Source: Candidatus Saelkia tenebricola
GTDB lineage: Bacteria; Omnitrophota; Gorgyraeia; Kaelpiales; Kaelpiaceae
DNA: 64,000 nt
Assembly: GCA_030765145.1 (NCBI GenBank)
Contig: JAVCDA010000010.1
Location: 119,344 to 183,343 of the forward strand
Reading direction: 5' to 3'
Shown here in pieces: positions 10,010 to 18,645 of the stretch; position 1 is the stretch's first letter; each line of letters begins with the position of its first letter. Under the pieces are notes generated by a model that worked only from the letters and a program-made list of their open reading frames with translations, was not told where the DNA came from and ran no database searches. Both the position numbers and the translations under genes were made by a program.

Positions 10010-11494
10010 CTATTTTTCAATCCCTAAAATAATATCGTGATTTTTTTCTGCCTCCTGTTCTTCGCCTATAGCTATAAGACTGTCAGCCATACCTTGCAAT
10101 GCAACAGTGTTAGAGGAATCTATAAAATGAGCTTTTAAGTATTCTTCTAATGCCATTTTCGGGCGCCCCATAAACAGCAGAACACCTCCATAATTAATAT
10201 GATATTGCATCTGTACATAGTCATTCTGTGGAAAATCCTTTTTCATCTTCGTCCAAAGCATCAAATTATTCTCCCAATATTTAACCTCATATGAACTTTT
10301 GATAAAATAAAAACCTAAAGTAACCACAACTAAAACAACGACTGCTTTATATGCTTTACCATTTAAAATTACCTGTTTTAATAACATTCCTAGAAGAATT
10401 GCAAACCCCACAGAAGGGATGTAGAGATACCGCGCAGCTATTAGTGAAGGCAGATAGCGTATCGCACAAAGCGGCGCAAGATTAATCAGAATCCAGCTAT
10501 TAGCTAATTTAAGTTCAAAACTCCCTTTTAAAATACCTCTAATTGCAAGAAATAGTAATAATATTACTGTGACACAATTAAAAATCACTTCTACACCAAC
10601 TTCCCTAATAGGTGTAAATTGCTCTATTAAATAAAACTTGATTCCTGAAGGCATAAGAAGCCATTCAATATATTGGGCAAAGGTTTTTACAACCGTTAGA
10701 ATTTCACCGTAAAACCCTGCATCTAAAACCCTCTGGTTTACCGCTTCCGGCGGATTACAATAAAACCTTAGAAACCCAAATAGTACGGTAATAAAAACCA
10801 ACCCTAACATTAAAAACAAAATTTCTTTTTTGTCAGCACGAATCGTCTTACTCTTGAATGCAAGATATACATAAAGAGCAATGAGAATGAGAAAAGTTAA
10901 TGCACTCTCCTTAGAAAGAATCGCCAAAACATAAAGAACGCAGCATACCATAGATTTTATAAAAAAAATTTTTCTTTTAGATTTTAGTGCTGAAATAAAA
11001 ACAAAAAAAGCTGTTAAGTAAAAAAATAACGCCATTAAATCATGCCTGTAAGTAGCTATTACAACAGTTTCTACATTAACCGGGTGCATAAGAAATACTA
11101 AAGAAGCTACTAAACTCACTAACCGTTGAGATAGCAAAAAAAGGCAAAACCTATATATTAAAAATGTGTTCAGGATATGGAAAAGGAGATTCGTTAATTT
11201 AAAACCAGCTGGATTTAAACCCCAGAATTTATAATCAAAAAAGAAGGTAAGTGTTTTAAGTGGTCGATAGCTTATTTCACCGCTGGCATAAGAATATTTA
11301 TTAAAGCTTTCTTTAATATTGCCTGGATGCAAAAATAAAGTCTTGATATTACCTAAATCACTCAAAAATGATTCCCGTTGCGCTATTATAGACCAATCGT
11401 CACCTGCAAAATCAAACCCCAGGACCTCTCCATAAAGAGAACAGGCTATAGCAATTATTATAAGATAGGCATATAAATCGGATTTTTTAATCAA
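10010..11494 (-). CDS. TMTC-like GT-C membrane glycosyltransferase with C-terminal TPR
   Basis: First-loop DD, then YRPL, NLLFH, HP..VETV, SKE and RYLY.P motifs. Many TM helices and a TPR-like tail. Confidence 0.75.
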   Translation of the reverse strand: MIKKSDLYAYLIIIAIACSLYGEVLGFDFAGDDWSIIAQRESFLSDLGNIKTLFLHPGNIKESFNKYSYASGEISYRPLKTLTFFFDYKFWGLNPAGFKLTNLLFHILNTFLIYRFCLFLLSQRLVSLVASLVFLMHPVNVETVVIATYRHDLMALFFYLTAFFVFISALKSKRKIFFIKSMVCCVLYVLAILSKESALTFLILIALYVYLAFKSKTIRADKKEILFLMLGLVFITVLFGFLRFYCNPPEAVNQRVLDAGFYGEILTVVKTFAQYIEWLLMPSGIKFYLIEQFTPIREVGVEVIFNCVTVILLLFLAIRGILKGSFELKLANSWILINLAPLCAIRYLPSLIAARYLYIPSVGFAILLGMLLKQVILNGKAYKAVVVLVVVTLGFYFIKSSYEVKYWENNLMLWTKMKKDFPQNDYVQMQYHINYGGVLLFMGRPKMALEEYLKAHFIDSSNTVALQGMADSLIAIGEEQEAEKNHDIILGIEK

Positions 11495-14051
11495 TCTGCT
11501 TGCAGTCTTTTGCCAGCTTTAACACCGCTAGTTCAAAACCTGATTGATAGCTATTTTTATAAATAGGGACAAAATGGAGATTGAATTTTGCTTTATCCGT
11601 ATTGTCTTTGCGATCAAAATCGTTAACAGCAATTGAAAAATTGATTTCAGCACCTGTTTGCGGTGTGACATTTAATACTGAAAATGGAATAGTTATTGCA
11701 AGCTCATATCCTTCTTTAGTCAATTTTGAAATTGATTTGACTTCTTCAATATCACGCTCCTGAAACCAGGCATATTTTATAGCTACACTATTCCTGCCCG
11801 GAGCAAATCCAAGCTGAAAATGCTCTTTATTGCCCCAGTAAAGTCTTTCACCGACTGGAGCAATGTACAGCTCAACACAATCATTTTTATAAAGAGTTTT
11901 TGCTTCTTCTTCTGCTATGACATCGTTATCGCTAACCTTTACCCAGAAGTATAAATTTTCTTCATCCCAGCTTGCTTTATATTCGCAACCCAAGTCATAA
12001 GGATATTTTGTAATCGCACCATGTTCCAAGGCCTGCTTGGGGGTTAATTTATACAATTGACCTTCGATTGATGAATCTGCGTATTGAGCAACAATAACAG
12101 GCTTTTTATCCGCCTCCAGTTTAATGGCACCATCCTTAAATCCTGCAATCTGCATAGCTTTTTTTATGTATTCGTTACGCATAAAATATTCCCAGACAAA
12201 TCCTGAAAGATAATTCTCAATCATAAGCATAATCGGGCCCTGGTCAATACCTATTACAACATCGGAATACCAGTTCTTATCTCTGTTAAAACTATCCACA
12301 AACCCGTAATTTCCCCAGATATAATCTTTGTGGTTTTGGTACATCCATCTTAAAGCACTAATACATTCAGCGGGTGCAAACGGAGTACTTCCTCCTACAG
12401 CAGTAAAAGCAACAGTACCATCATAATGCGCATAACCAGGAGGCGCCCCATAAGCACGGTAACCTGCAGGAGATTCACATGCAGTTAGTCCCCAAGAATT
12501 TTTATTAAACGTTAAAGAATTTTCCTTATTATTAATACAAAACTGCCTGTTGGCTAAAGTCGCATTGACCGATGAAGTAAAATAATCTGCGTAATCATCG
12601 TGCTTGTTTCTGAAATCAACCCAAATATGAGAAAATTGATGGGTAAACATAGGCGGCGATGATAAGCAGGTATACCCTTCATAATCCCAAATAGGCCTCC
12701 TTACATCATACCAAACTGATTCAGTTATCGGATGCGTCGGCGACCCCAAGGCCAGTAAATACATAATCAACTGTTCGCCATATTTATTCCAGCGATCAGG
12801 CAAAAACCCTGATTCAGGAGTCCACCCCATACATATATTGTCACCTTTACCCAGCATCCAATCCCACTCCACACGTTGATAAATCTCATCCGCCAATTCT
12901 TTTACTTTGCACCCGAAATATTCTCCGGCAAACAATGCCCCGGCTAAAAAAAGAGCTGTATCTATTGAAGAAAGCTCGCAATTCCAAACCCTATCTCCAT
13001 TATCCATACCCACAAAATGGTAGAAAAACCCATGCACATTTTCCATCCTGTCTCTGAAGAAGAATAAAGTATTTAAAACTCTTTCCATTGCCTCTTCCCG
13101 CCTAATCCACCCTTTCTCAACAGCTACAGGATATGCAGTTAAAGCAAAACCAACCGCTGCAATAGAAGCAACTTTAAAATTGTCTTTTTTAAAATTATTA
13201 GCTTTGTCTTTCGTTAAACCCGTCTCAGGGTTAGTTTCGCGCCAGAAATAACCGAAAGATTTTCTCTGAATTAATTCTAAAAATTCCCTATCGCTTATAG
13301 TAGATATATCGGGCTTAGGAATACATTCTCTTAAAGTCGGATAAACACCACATAAAGGCTGTTTTAAAATTTCTTCTTTGGTAAAGTATGCATCATCTAT
13401 ATAGATAGTTCCTTCCTTATCAGTAACACGCCAATCTTCAAACACAAAAATCAGTTCCTGCATCTTATCAAATTCAGATATCCCCATAAATTTATTTAAT
13501 GGAATAACATACTGTTTCCAGTCATCTTCTAAATCTGTAAGATAATGAATTCCTTTCTCGCCTTGTGTGTTTTTTAATTCCAGCTTAAAATGTTTGGTAA
13601 AACCACGTTTTTTATCCCCCTTTGCCGATAAAACTAGATATCTATAATCATTTAAGTTTTTATTCTCCAGCTTAAACCAAATACCATTAAAAGCCGGATT
13701 GGGAGAATCAACATCGTAGTCAATTCTTAAGGAATACCCTTTCTCGCCTTTTTTAACCAAAGGAGAAAATGAATCAAAACAATTCTGCGTAAAATCATCG
13801 GGGTCTTTATCCCAGGCTCCAAAACTACATCCAGAACCTTGATTTGATTTTTCGTTAAAATGTGCCAGCAAAATAATTCCCGGAAGTTCCACCTGAGGAA
13901 TAGTATCTAAATCAGCAAGAAATTCTTCTCGTGCATTCTGAACCCTGTCTTTTTCTTTTTGAACCTCCAGGTGTTTATAAAACAAGGTACTTATGATTGC
14001 TGCCAGAAAAAATAACACTAAGATTATTTTGAAAAATTTTTCTTTAAACAA
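11487..14051 (-). CDS. 'Glucoamylase family' GH144-type endo-beta-1,2-glucanase with N-terminal anchor, CBM11/CIA30-like domain and C-terminal CBM9-like domain
   Basis: Motifs ELSSIDTALF, EQLIMYLLALGSPTHP, FTHQFSH, WGLTA and GIDQGP. C-terminal WDEENLYF..V.D..DCVELY..YELAITIPF. TTG start with GAGGTG RBS. Confidence 0.8.
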   Translation of the reverse strand: MFKEKFFKIILVLFFLAAIISTLFYKHLEVQKEKDRVQNAREEFLADLDTIPQVELPGIILLAHFNEKSNQGSGCSFGAWDKDPDDFTQNCFDSFSPLVKKGEKGYSLRIDYDVDSPNPAFNGIWFKLENKNLNDYRYLVLSAKGDKKRGFTKHFKLELKNTQGEKGIHYLTDLEDDWKQYVIPLNKFMGISEFDKMQELIFVFEDWRVTDKEGTIYIDDAYFTKEEILKQPLCGVYPTLRECIPKPDISTISDREFLELIQRKSFGYFWRETNPETGLTKDKANNFKKDNFKVASIAAVGFALTAYPVAVEKGWIRREEAMERVLNTLFFFRDRMENVHGFFYHFVGMDNGDRVWNCELSSIDTALFLAGALFAGEYFGCKVKELADEIYQRVEWDWMLGKGDNICMGWTPESGFLPDRWNKYGEQLIMYLLALGSPTHPITESVWYDVRRPIWDYEGYTCLSSPPMFTHQFSHIWVDFRNKHDDYADYFTSSVNATLANRQFCINNKENSLTFNKNSWGLTACESPAGYRAYGAPPGYAHYDGTVAFTAVGGSTPFAPAECISALRWMYQNHKDYIWGNYGFVDSFNRDKNWYSDVVIGIDQGPIMLMIENYLSGFVWEYFMRNEYIKKAMQIAGFKDGAIKLEADKKPVIVAQYADSSIEGQLYKLTPKQALEHGAITKYPYDLGCEYKASWDEENLYFWVKVSDNDVIAEEEAKTLYKNDCVELYIAPVGERLYWGNKEHFQLGFAPGRNSVAIKYAWFQERDIEEVKSISKLTKEGYELAITIPFSVLNVTPQTGAEINFSIAVNDFDRKDNTDKAKFNLHFVPIYKNSYQSGFELAVLKLAKDCKQID

Positions 14052-14071
14052 TTGTAAACACCTCTTTACAG

Positions 14072-14099
14072 AAAGGCGGAGTTAAAATGCTCCGCCTTT
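14072..14099 (-). terminator. Perfect 10-bp hairpin between the CBM-like gene and the GH144 gene (terminator or mRNA stabiliser)
   Basis: aaaggcggag-N8-ctccgccttt, with only a short U-tract. Confidence 0.65.
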
Positions 14100-14119
14100 A
14101 AAAACATTGTTTTATAATT

Positions 14120-14698
14120 TTACTTTTCAAACTGAACATCGTCGAAATAAACAGTTCCTTCTTTAACCGGGATACGCCAGTCTTCAAAAACAACAACAAA
14201 CTCATCCATGTTGGTCAAATCGGAAATCCCAGCTATTTTAGCAAGAGAAATTTCAATTTTCTGCCATTTATCAGTAACCCCTGTAACGTAATATTTGCCA
14301 ACTTCGCCAATATTGTTTTTCAATTCAATCTTAAACAACGGGGTAAAACCTCTTTTAACATCCCCTTTTACCCAAAAAGTAAAAGTCTCATATTTTGACA
14401 CATCAGCTCCGTTCAGTTTCATCCAAAAACCGTTGTAAGCAGCATTTGGAGAATCAACATCATAATCAACCCTGAGACAAAATCCTTTACCATCTTTTGT
14501 CTCAACAGTGTTAAAACTTTCAATTGCGGTTTGTGAAAAATCCATAGGATCTCTATCCCAAGCACCAAAATCACCATTAACGTTATTGGGCTTAACACCG
14601 GAATCAAAATCTGCAATCGAAAACACATCTTCTAACGCACAAGCAGAGCCACCCGCTACTAACAAAAAACATCCGACTAACAAGCCAAACATTTTCAT
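14120..14698 (-). CDS. Secreted carbohydrate-binding-like (CBM11/CIA30-like) protein
   Basis: Start moved to ATG 14698 (GGAGGTGG RBS, signal peptide). Strongly similar to the N-terminal domain of the downstream GH144 (DYDVDSPN, ..VFEDWR, EGT.Y.DD). Confidence 0.8.
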   Translation of the reverse strand: MKMFGLLVGCFLLVAGGSACALEDVFSIADFDSGVKPNNVNGDFGAWDRDPMDFSQTAIESFNTVETKDGKGFCLRVDYDVDSPNAAYNGFWMKLNGADVSKYETFTFWVKGDVKRGFTPLFKIELKNNIGEVGKYYVTGVTDKWQKIEISLAKIAGISDLTNMDEFVVVFEDWRIPVKEGTVYFDDVQFEK

Positions 14699-14779
14699 AC
14701 ACCCACCTCCTTTTTTTGAAATTCTATCTTTTTTACTTATGCCACAAAACACATCTTTTGTCAAGTCGATAAGAGACTG

Positions 14780-15985
14780 CTACACCATAGCATGCGTAAA
14801 AATATGTTGAATAACAAGGCTGACGGCACCTAAAGCAACCGCATTCTCTCCCAATTGCGTAGGAACAATGCGTACCTGATGACCGATTTCCTCAAATGTC
14901 TTGTCTCTAACAACCCTTTTGATCTCATCCAATAACACCGAACCTGCTCTTTCTATCCCACCGCCAATTACCACAACCTCGGGATTAAGCATCTGAATAA
15001 GATAGGCAATCCTAATACCCAATTCTTCCCCAGATTTTTTAACAAGTTCTATTGCAAGAGTATCTCCTTCCCTGGCTGCCTCAACTACAGATTTAAAATC
15101 TATTTTTCCCGCATCACCTCCGCAAAGTTCTAATATTTTAGAGTCAACGCCTTCTGTTATCACTGCTTTTTGTGCTTTTTCTTTCAATCCTAAATCTGCC
15201 TGCCAGCGGTCAAGGCCTTTAAAATTTTGTTTTTCCTGATCTGTTAAACCCGGCAAGCCTAACTCACCAGAACATCCTGTTGCACCGGAATAAATCTGAC
15301 CATTAATTATAATACCGCAACCGACTCCGGAGTACATAAAAACAAGGTTTTTCACTTCACTTTCAAGCTCAAACTCCCTCTCTCCAAAAGCTGCAACAGT
15401 AGCATCGTTTTCTACATACACAGGCATATTAAATTTTTGCTCTAACATATTTTTCAAGGTTGAGATGTAAATACTACCCATTTGTTCCGGCCAGCGAATA
15501 GTGCCTCCTTTTCTATCCACAATACCAGGAATACCGATACCAATACCTTTAATTTGACCTTCATCCAATTCTGATTTTTTAATAAGCTCCTCCACAATGT
15601 CTGTCAGAGCATCAATTAAAAACCCTTCCGCCCCTCCTTCTGGTCTGGGTTTTTTAATCTCCACAAGAACATTAGCCTTGAGATCCGTTATAATCCCAAT
15701 AATATTAACTAAGTCCAGCCCAACACCAACAATATAAGCAGCCTTAGGGTTAAGCTCTAAAACCACAGGACGCCTACCACCGGTAGAAACATCCAAACCG
15801 CCCTCTATTACCATACCTTTTTGAATATAATTATTTACATAATTAGAAACAGTAACGATGTTCAGCTCTGTTTCCTTTGAAATCTCAGTCCTGGTAATAG
15901 GTCCTTTTCTGCGAATTAAATCTAAAATTGAAAAATTCTTTCTCTCTCTATCCGCTAATACTTCCCCCATTGCCTCTACCATCAC
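14780..15985 (-). CDS. ROK family transcriptional regulator (N-terminal wHTH)
   Basis: HTH GPITRTEISKETELNIVTVS, then GGRRP, GIGIGIPG, VENDAT, GVGCGII and GELG. AAGGAGG RBS. Confidence 0.93.
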   Translation of the reverse strand: MMVEAMGEVLADRERKNFSILDLIRRKGPITRTEISKETELNIVTVSNYVNNYIQKGMVIEGGLDVSTGGRRPVVLELNPKAAYIVGVGLDLVNIIGIITDLKANVLVEIKKPRPEGGAEGFLIDALTDIVEELIKKSELDEGQIKGIGIGIPGIVDRKGGTIRWPEQMGSIYISTLKNMLEQKFNMPVYVENDATVAAFGEREFELESEVKNLVFMYSGVGCGIIINGQIYSGATGCSGELGLPGLTDQEKQNFKGLDRWQADLGLKEKAQKAVITEGVDSKILELCGGDAGKIDFKSVVEAAREGDTLAIELVKKSGEELGIRIAYLIQMLNPEVVVIGGGIERAGSVLLDEIKRVVRDKTFEEIGHQVRIVPTQLGENAVALGAVSLVIQHIFTHAMV

Positions 15986-15998
15986 TACCTCCTTTAAT

Positions 15999-16100
15999 GA
16001 GTCCGTTACTTATGGAGCAAAGCTAACATAAGCAACATGGGCGAATTACGAGCCTGTTACTTATGGAACAAAATTGACATAAGTAACCTGGGTAAATTAT
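15999..16100. repeat. Two tandem 51-bp units, each with the inverted repeat GTTACTTATG-N12-CATAAG(T/C)AAC; candidate ROK operators
   Basis: Units 15999-16049 and 16050-16100 are 40/51 identical and lie immediately upstream of the ROK gene. Confidence 0.8.
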
Positions 16101-16110
16101 CTGTCAATAA

Positions 16111-17382
16111 CTAATCAGTTAAAAGCTTGTTCCCTTCTTTTGCAATCTTAATCATTATTTCATCTATTGATTTCTGGCCGTTAAACAACAAATCCAGCTT
16201 TGGTTTGATATACAGTTCTTCTATCTCCCTCCAGTTAGAATGAAACGGCGGAAAGATAACGTACTGCACTGCTTCATTGAGCATCCCTTTATTTAGCGGC
16301 TTTTCACTGCTTCCTGCCCAATAAGAACCCTGAGAAACAGATATTCTAGCCGGCTGAGCAAGTCCCATAGCAGCAATTTTCTCCATCACTTTAACAGAAG
16401 TCAAAGCCTTGACAACCTCCCAAGCAAGTTGCGGATTTTTGGCATTTTTTAGAATACAATAAGCCGTACCTCCTGTTGCAAAACGCCTGATACCTTTAGG
16501 GCTCTTAGGAAACATTACAACATCCCAATCAAGATTTTTTGTTTTTCTTAGAACTGGAGTTTCCCAGATCCCAGACCCTAACATTGCAAGCTTACCGGTA
16601 ATAAACATCATCTGAACCCCCATTCCCATATTTATTAAGGCAGACGGTGTTGGAGAAATTTTGTGTTTTAGAATCAAGTCCGTATAAAACTGGAGTCCTT
16701 CTTTAGAAGCTGTGCTATTAAGCATAATGCGCTTGGGACGCTTAATATTATCAACCAATCCACCGCCATTGGAAAGGACAAAATTTTGCCAGGCCCAAGT
16801 ATAAAATCCGTATCTTTTGATTCTTCCGCTCTCATCAACAAGCGTAAATTTCTGAGCTATTTTAAGCAGATCATCCCAGTTCCAATCATCAGTAGGATAA
16901 GGAATCCCTGCTTCGTCAAATAGTTTTTTATTATAGTAAATACAAGCAAAAGGCGCAATATCGCGCGGAATACCGTAAACGTTGTCCTTGATTGTAAAAT
17001 GATTCATTATTTCAGGGAAAAAATCATTGAATGCAAAGTCTCTATCCTGTTCAATCAATTGTGTAAGATCAAGAAAAACACCTTTGGCCCAGAAATTTGT
17101 AAATAAGCTTACCTCGGCAGCAATAACATCCGGGGCATCTCCCCCGGCAATTCTGGTTAAGATTTTACTAGTATATCCTCCGTAAGGAGTATGTTCTAAA
17201 ACCACCCTAACATCAGGATGAGAAATTTCCCATTCTTTAATTACAGAATTGATAATTTTCACTTCTTCCGGAGAACCCCAAAAAGCTAACCTAACCTTAT
17301 CAATATGCTCTTCAGTTTCCTTCCGGCCACAGCCCACAAAAAAAAGAACCCCTAAAAACAAAATAGTTTTTATAATCTTCAT
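16111..17382 (-). CDS. Sugar ABC transporter substrate-binding lipoprotein
   Basis: Lipobox FFVGC, then AGGDAPDV, YGIP, YYNKKLFDEAGIPYP and W.WDD. Confidence 0.9.
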   Translation of the reverse strand: MKIIKTILFLGVLFFVGCGRKETEEHIDKVRLAFWGSPEEVKIINSVIKEWEISHPDVRVVLEHTPYGGYTSKILTRIAGGDAPDVIAAEVSLFTNFWAKGVFLDLTQLIEQDRDFAFNDFFPEIMNHFTIKDNVYGIPRDIAPFACIYYNKKLFDEAGIPYPTDDWNWDDLLKIAQKFTLVDESGRIKRYGFYTWAWQNFVLSNGGGLVDNIKRPKRIMLNSTASKEGLQFYTDLILKHKISPTPSALINMGMGVQMMFITGKLAMLGSGIWETPVLRKTKNLDWDVVMFPKSPKGIRRFATGGTAYCILKNAKNPQLAWEVVKALTSVKVMEKIAAMGLAQPARISVSQGSYWAGSSEKPLNKGMLNEAVQYVIFPPFHSNWREIEELYIKPKLDLLFNGQKSIDEIMIKIAKEGNKLLTD

Positions 17383-17409
17383 AATAAGCTTATTAATACC
17401 ATTGTATAA

Positions 17410-17438
17410 ATTTTAGAACAATTTGATCTGTATGTCAA
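17410..17438 (-). promoter_or_regulatory. Sigma70-type promoter for the SBP/ROK unit
   Basis: TTGACA-N17-TAAAAT on the minus strand. Confidence 0.65.
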
Positions 17439-17448
17439 ATAGAATTTA

Positions 17449-18645
17449 CTAATCAGATAACATAACTGAATCATTTTCGGCAATCTGCATCTTAGGTAAA
17501 CTAAGTAGAATACTGGCTGCAGAGGTAACCTCTCTGACATCAATGACTTGAAGCTTAGCGATCAATGTGTTGCCTCGGTATATGGAAAATCCCATACCAA
17601 TTTGCACCCCATCTCTTCTGCCAATATCGATGATTATAAAACCTTCCTCTACATTAACAAAGACAACTCTTCCTTTAAGTAGCTCGTCTTTAATTTCTAT
17701 TCTGGGTAATTCTACAGCTTCGCCTTCAGTATCGTAATTTAGTTTTTTTATCTTTTCCAATGCCATCTCAAGATCCTGTTTTAATTTTGTAACCTCTAAC
17801 ACTTCGTCTTCCAAAACTCGATTAATATATCCAATCCTTTGATTGAATATTTCTTTTTCTTTTTTCTCTTTTTCGACATTCTGTTCTAACTGTGTAATTC
17901 TTTCGCTTATTTCCTTTTTTCTGTCCTGCGCCTGTGCAACCTTCATCTGAAGCGTATTTTTATCTCTTTGCATTTCTTCCACCTGCTTTATATATGAAAA
18001 CTTCTCTTTCTTCTCCTGCTCCAAAGATGCGCTTAAGGAAGACACTATCTTTTTAGTATCCTGAAACTTATTTTCTAAATTTTCTTTTTTATCCAATAGA
18101 TCATTTACAATATTATTTAAATTTTCTTTCTCCTTCTCAAACCTTGAAATCTCGCTATCTTTTTTCTCTAAAAGTCTTTCCAAACTACTAAGCCTTAATT
18201 CTAGATTGGATTTCTCCCGCAACAAATTTGACCAGAAACTGTCATCACCTGTGTTATTGTATTTTATATTCTCTTGGCTTGTAAAACTTGCTTTGACATC
18301 ATTCTTCTCCCGTACTAATCTAGCAACACTTTCCCGTAACCGCATATTTTCATCAGCCAGCTCCTTGAAGTTGTTTTCAGAAATAAGTTTTTCCTCCTCC
18401 ACTTTCGACAGATGTGTTTGATACTTATTAAGATTGGCCTGTATTTTTTCAATCTCTGACTTAAACTTGTCGAGATCAAACTCCAAGTCTCTATTTGTTT
18501 GATACCAAAGCACTTTTTCTTCTGTGTATCTGGAATAAATTTTTCTATTCTCTAACCCAAGCCAAACGGCAGAAATAACAGACACGCTTAAGAGCGTACC
18601 GCATAAAGAATAAATTACTGTTTTTACTGAGTCCGACATTTTCAT
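17449..18645 (-). CDS. Membrane-anchored long coiled-coil protein with C-terminal FlgT-C-like beta domain
   Basis: Start moved to ATG 18645 (ATGA overlap with the RND stop). One TM, ~270 aa heptad-rich region, and tail GRVVFVN..FIIIDIG..DGV..G..F.IYRG. Confidence 0.75.
   Translation of the reverse strand: MKMSDSVKTVIYSLCGTLLSVSVISAVWLGLENRKIYSRYTEEKVLWYQTNRDLEFDLDKFKSEIEKIQANLNKYQTHLSKVEEEKLISENNFKELADENMRLRESVARLVREKNDVKASFTSQENIKYNNTGDDSFWSNLLREKSNLELRLSSLERLLEKKDSEISRFEKEKENLNNIVNDLLDKKENLENKFQDTKKIVSSLSASLEQEKKEKFSYIKQVEEMQRDKNTLQMKVAQAQDRKKEISERITQLEQNVEKEKKEKEIFNQRIGYINRVLEDEVLEVTKLKQDLEMALEKIKKLNYDTEGEAVELPRIEIKDELLKGRVVFVNVEEGFIIIDIGRRDGVQIGMGFSIYRGNTLIAKLQVIDVREVTSAASILLSLPKMQIAENDSVMLSD

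Noticed and set aside
15999-16100. CRISPR array
   Set aside because: Only two contiguous units, no unique spacers and no cas genes in the window.
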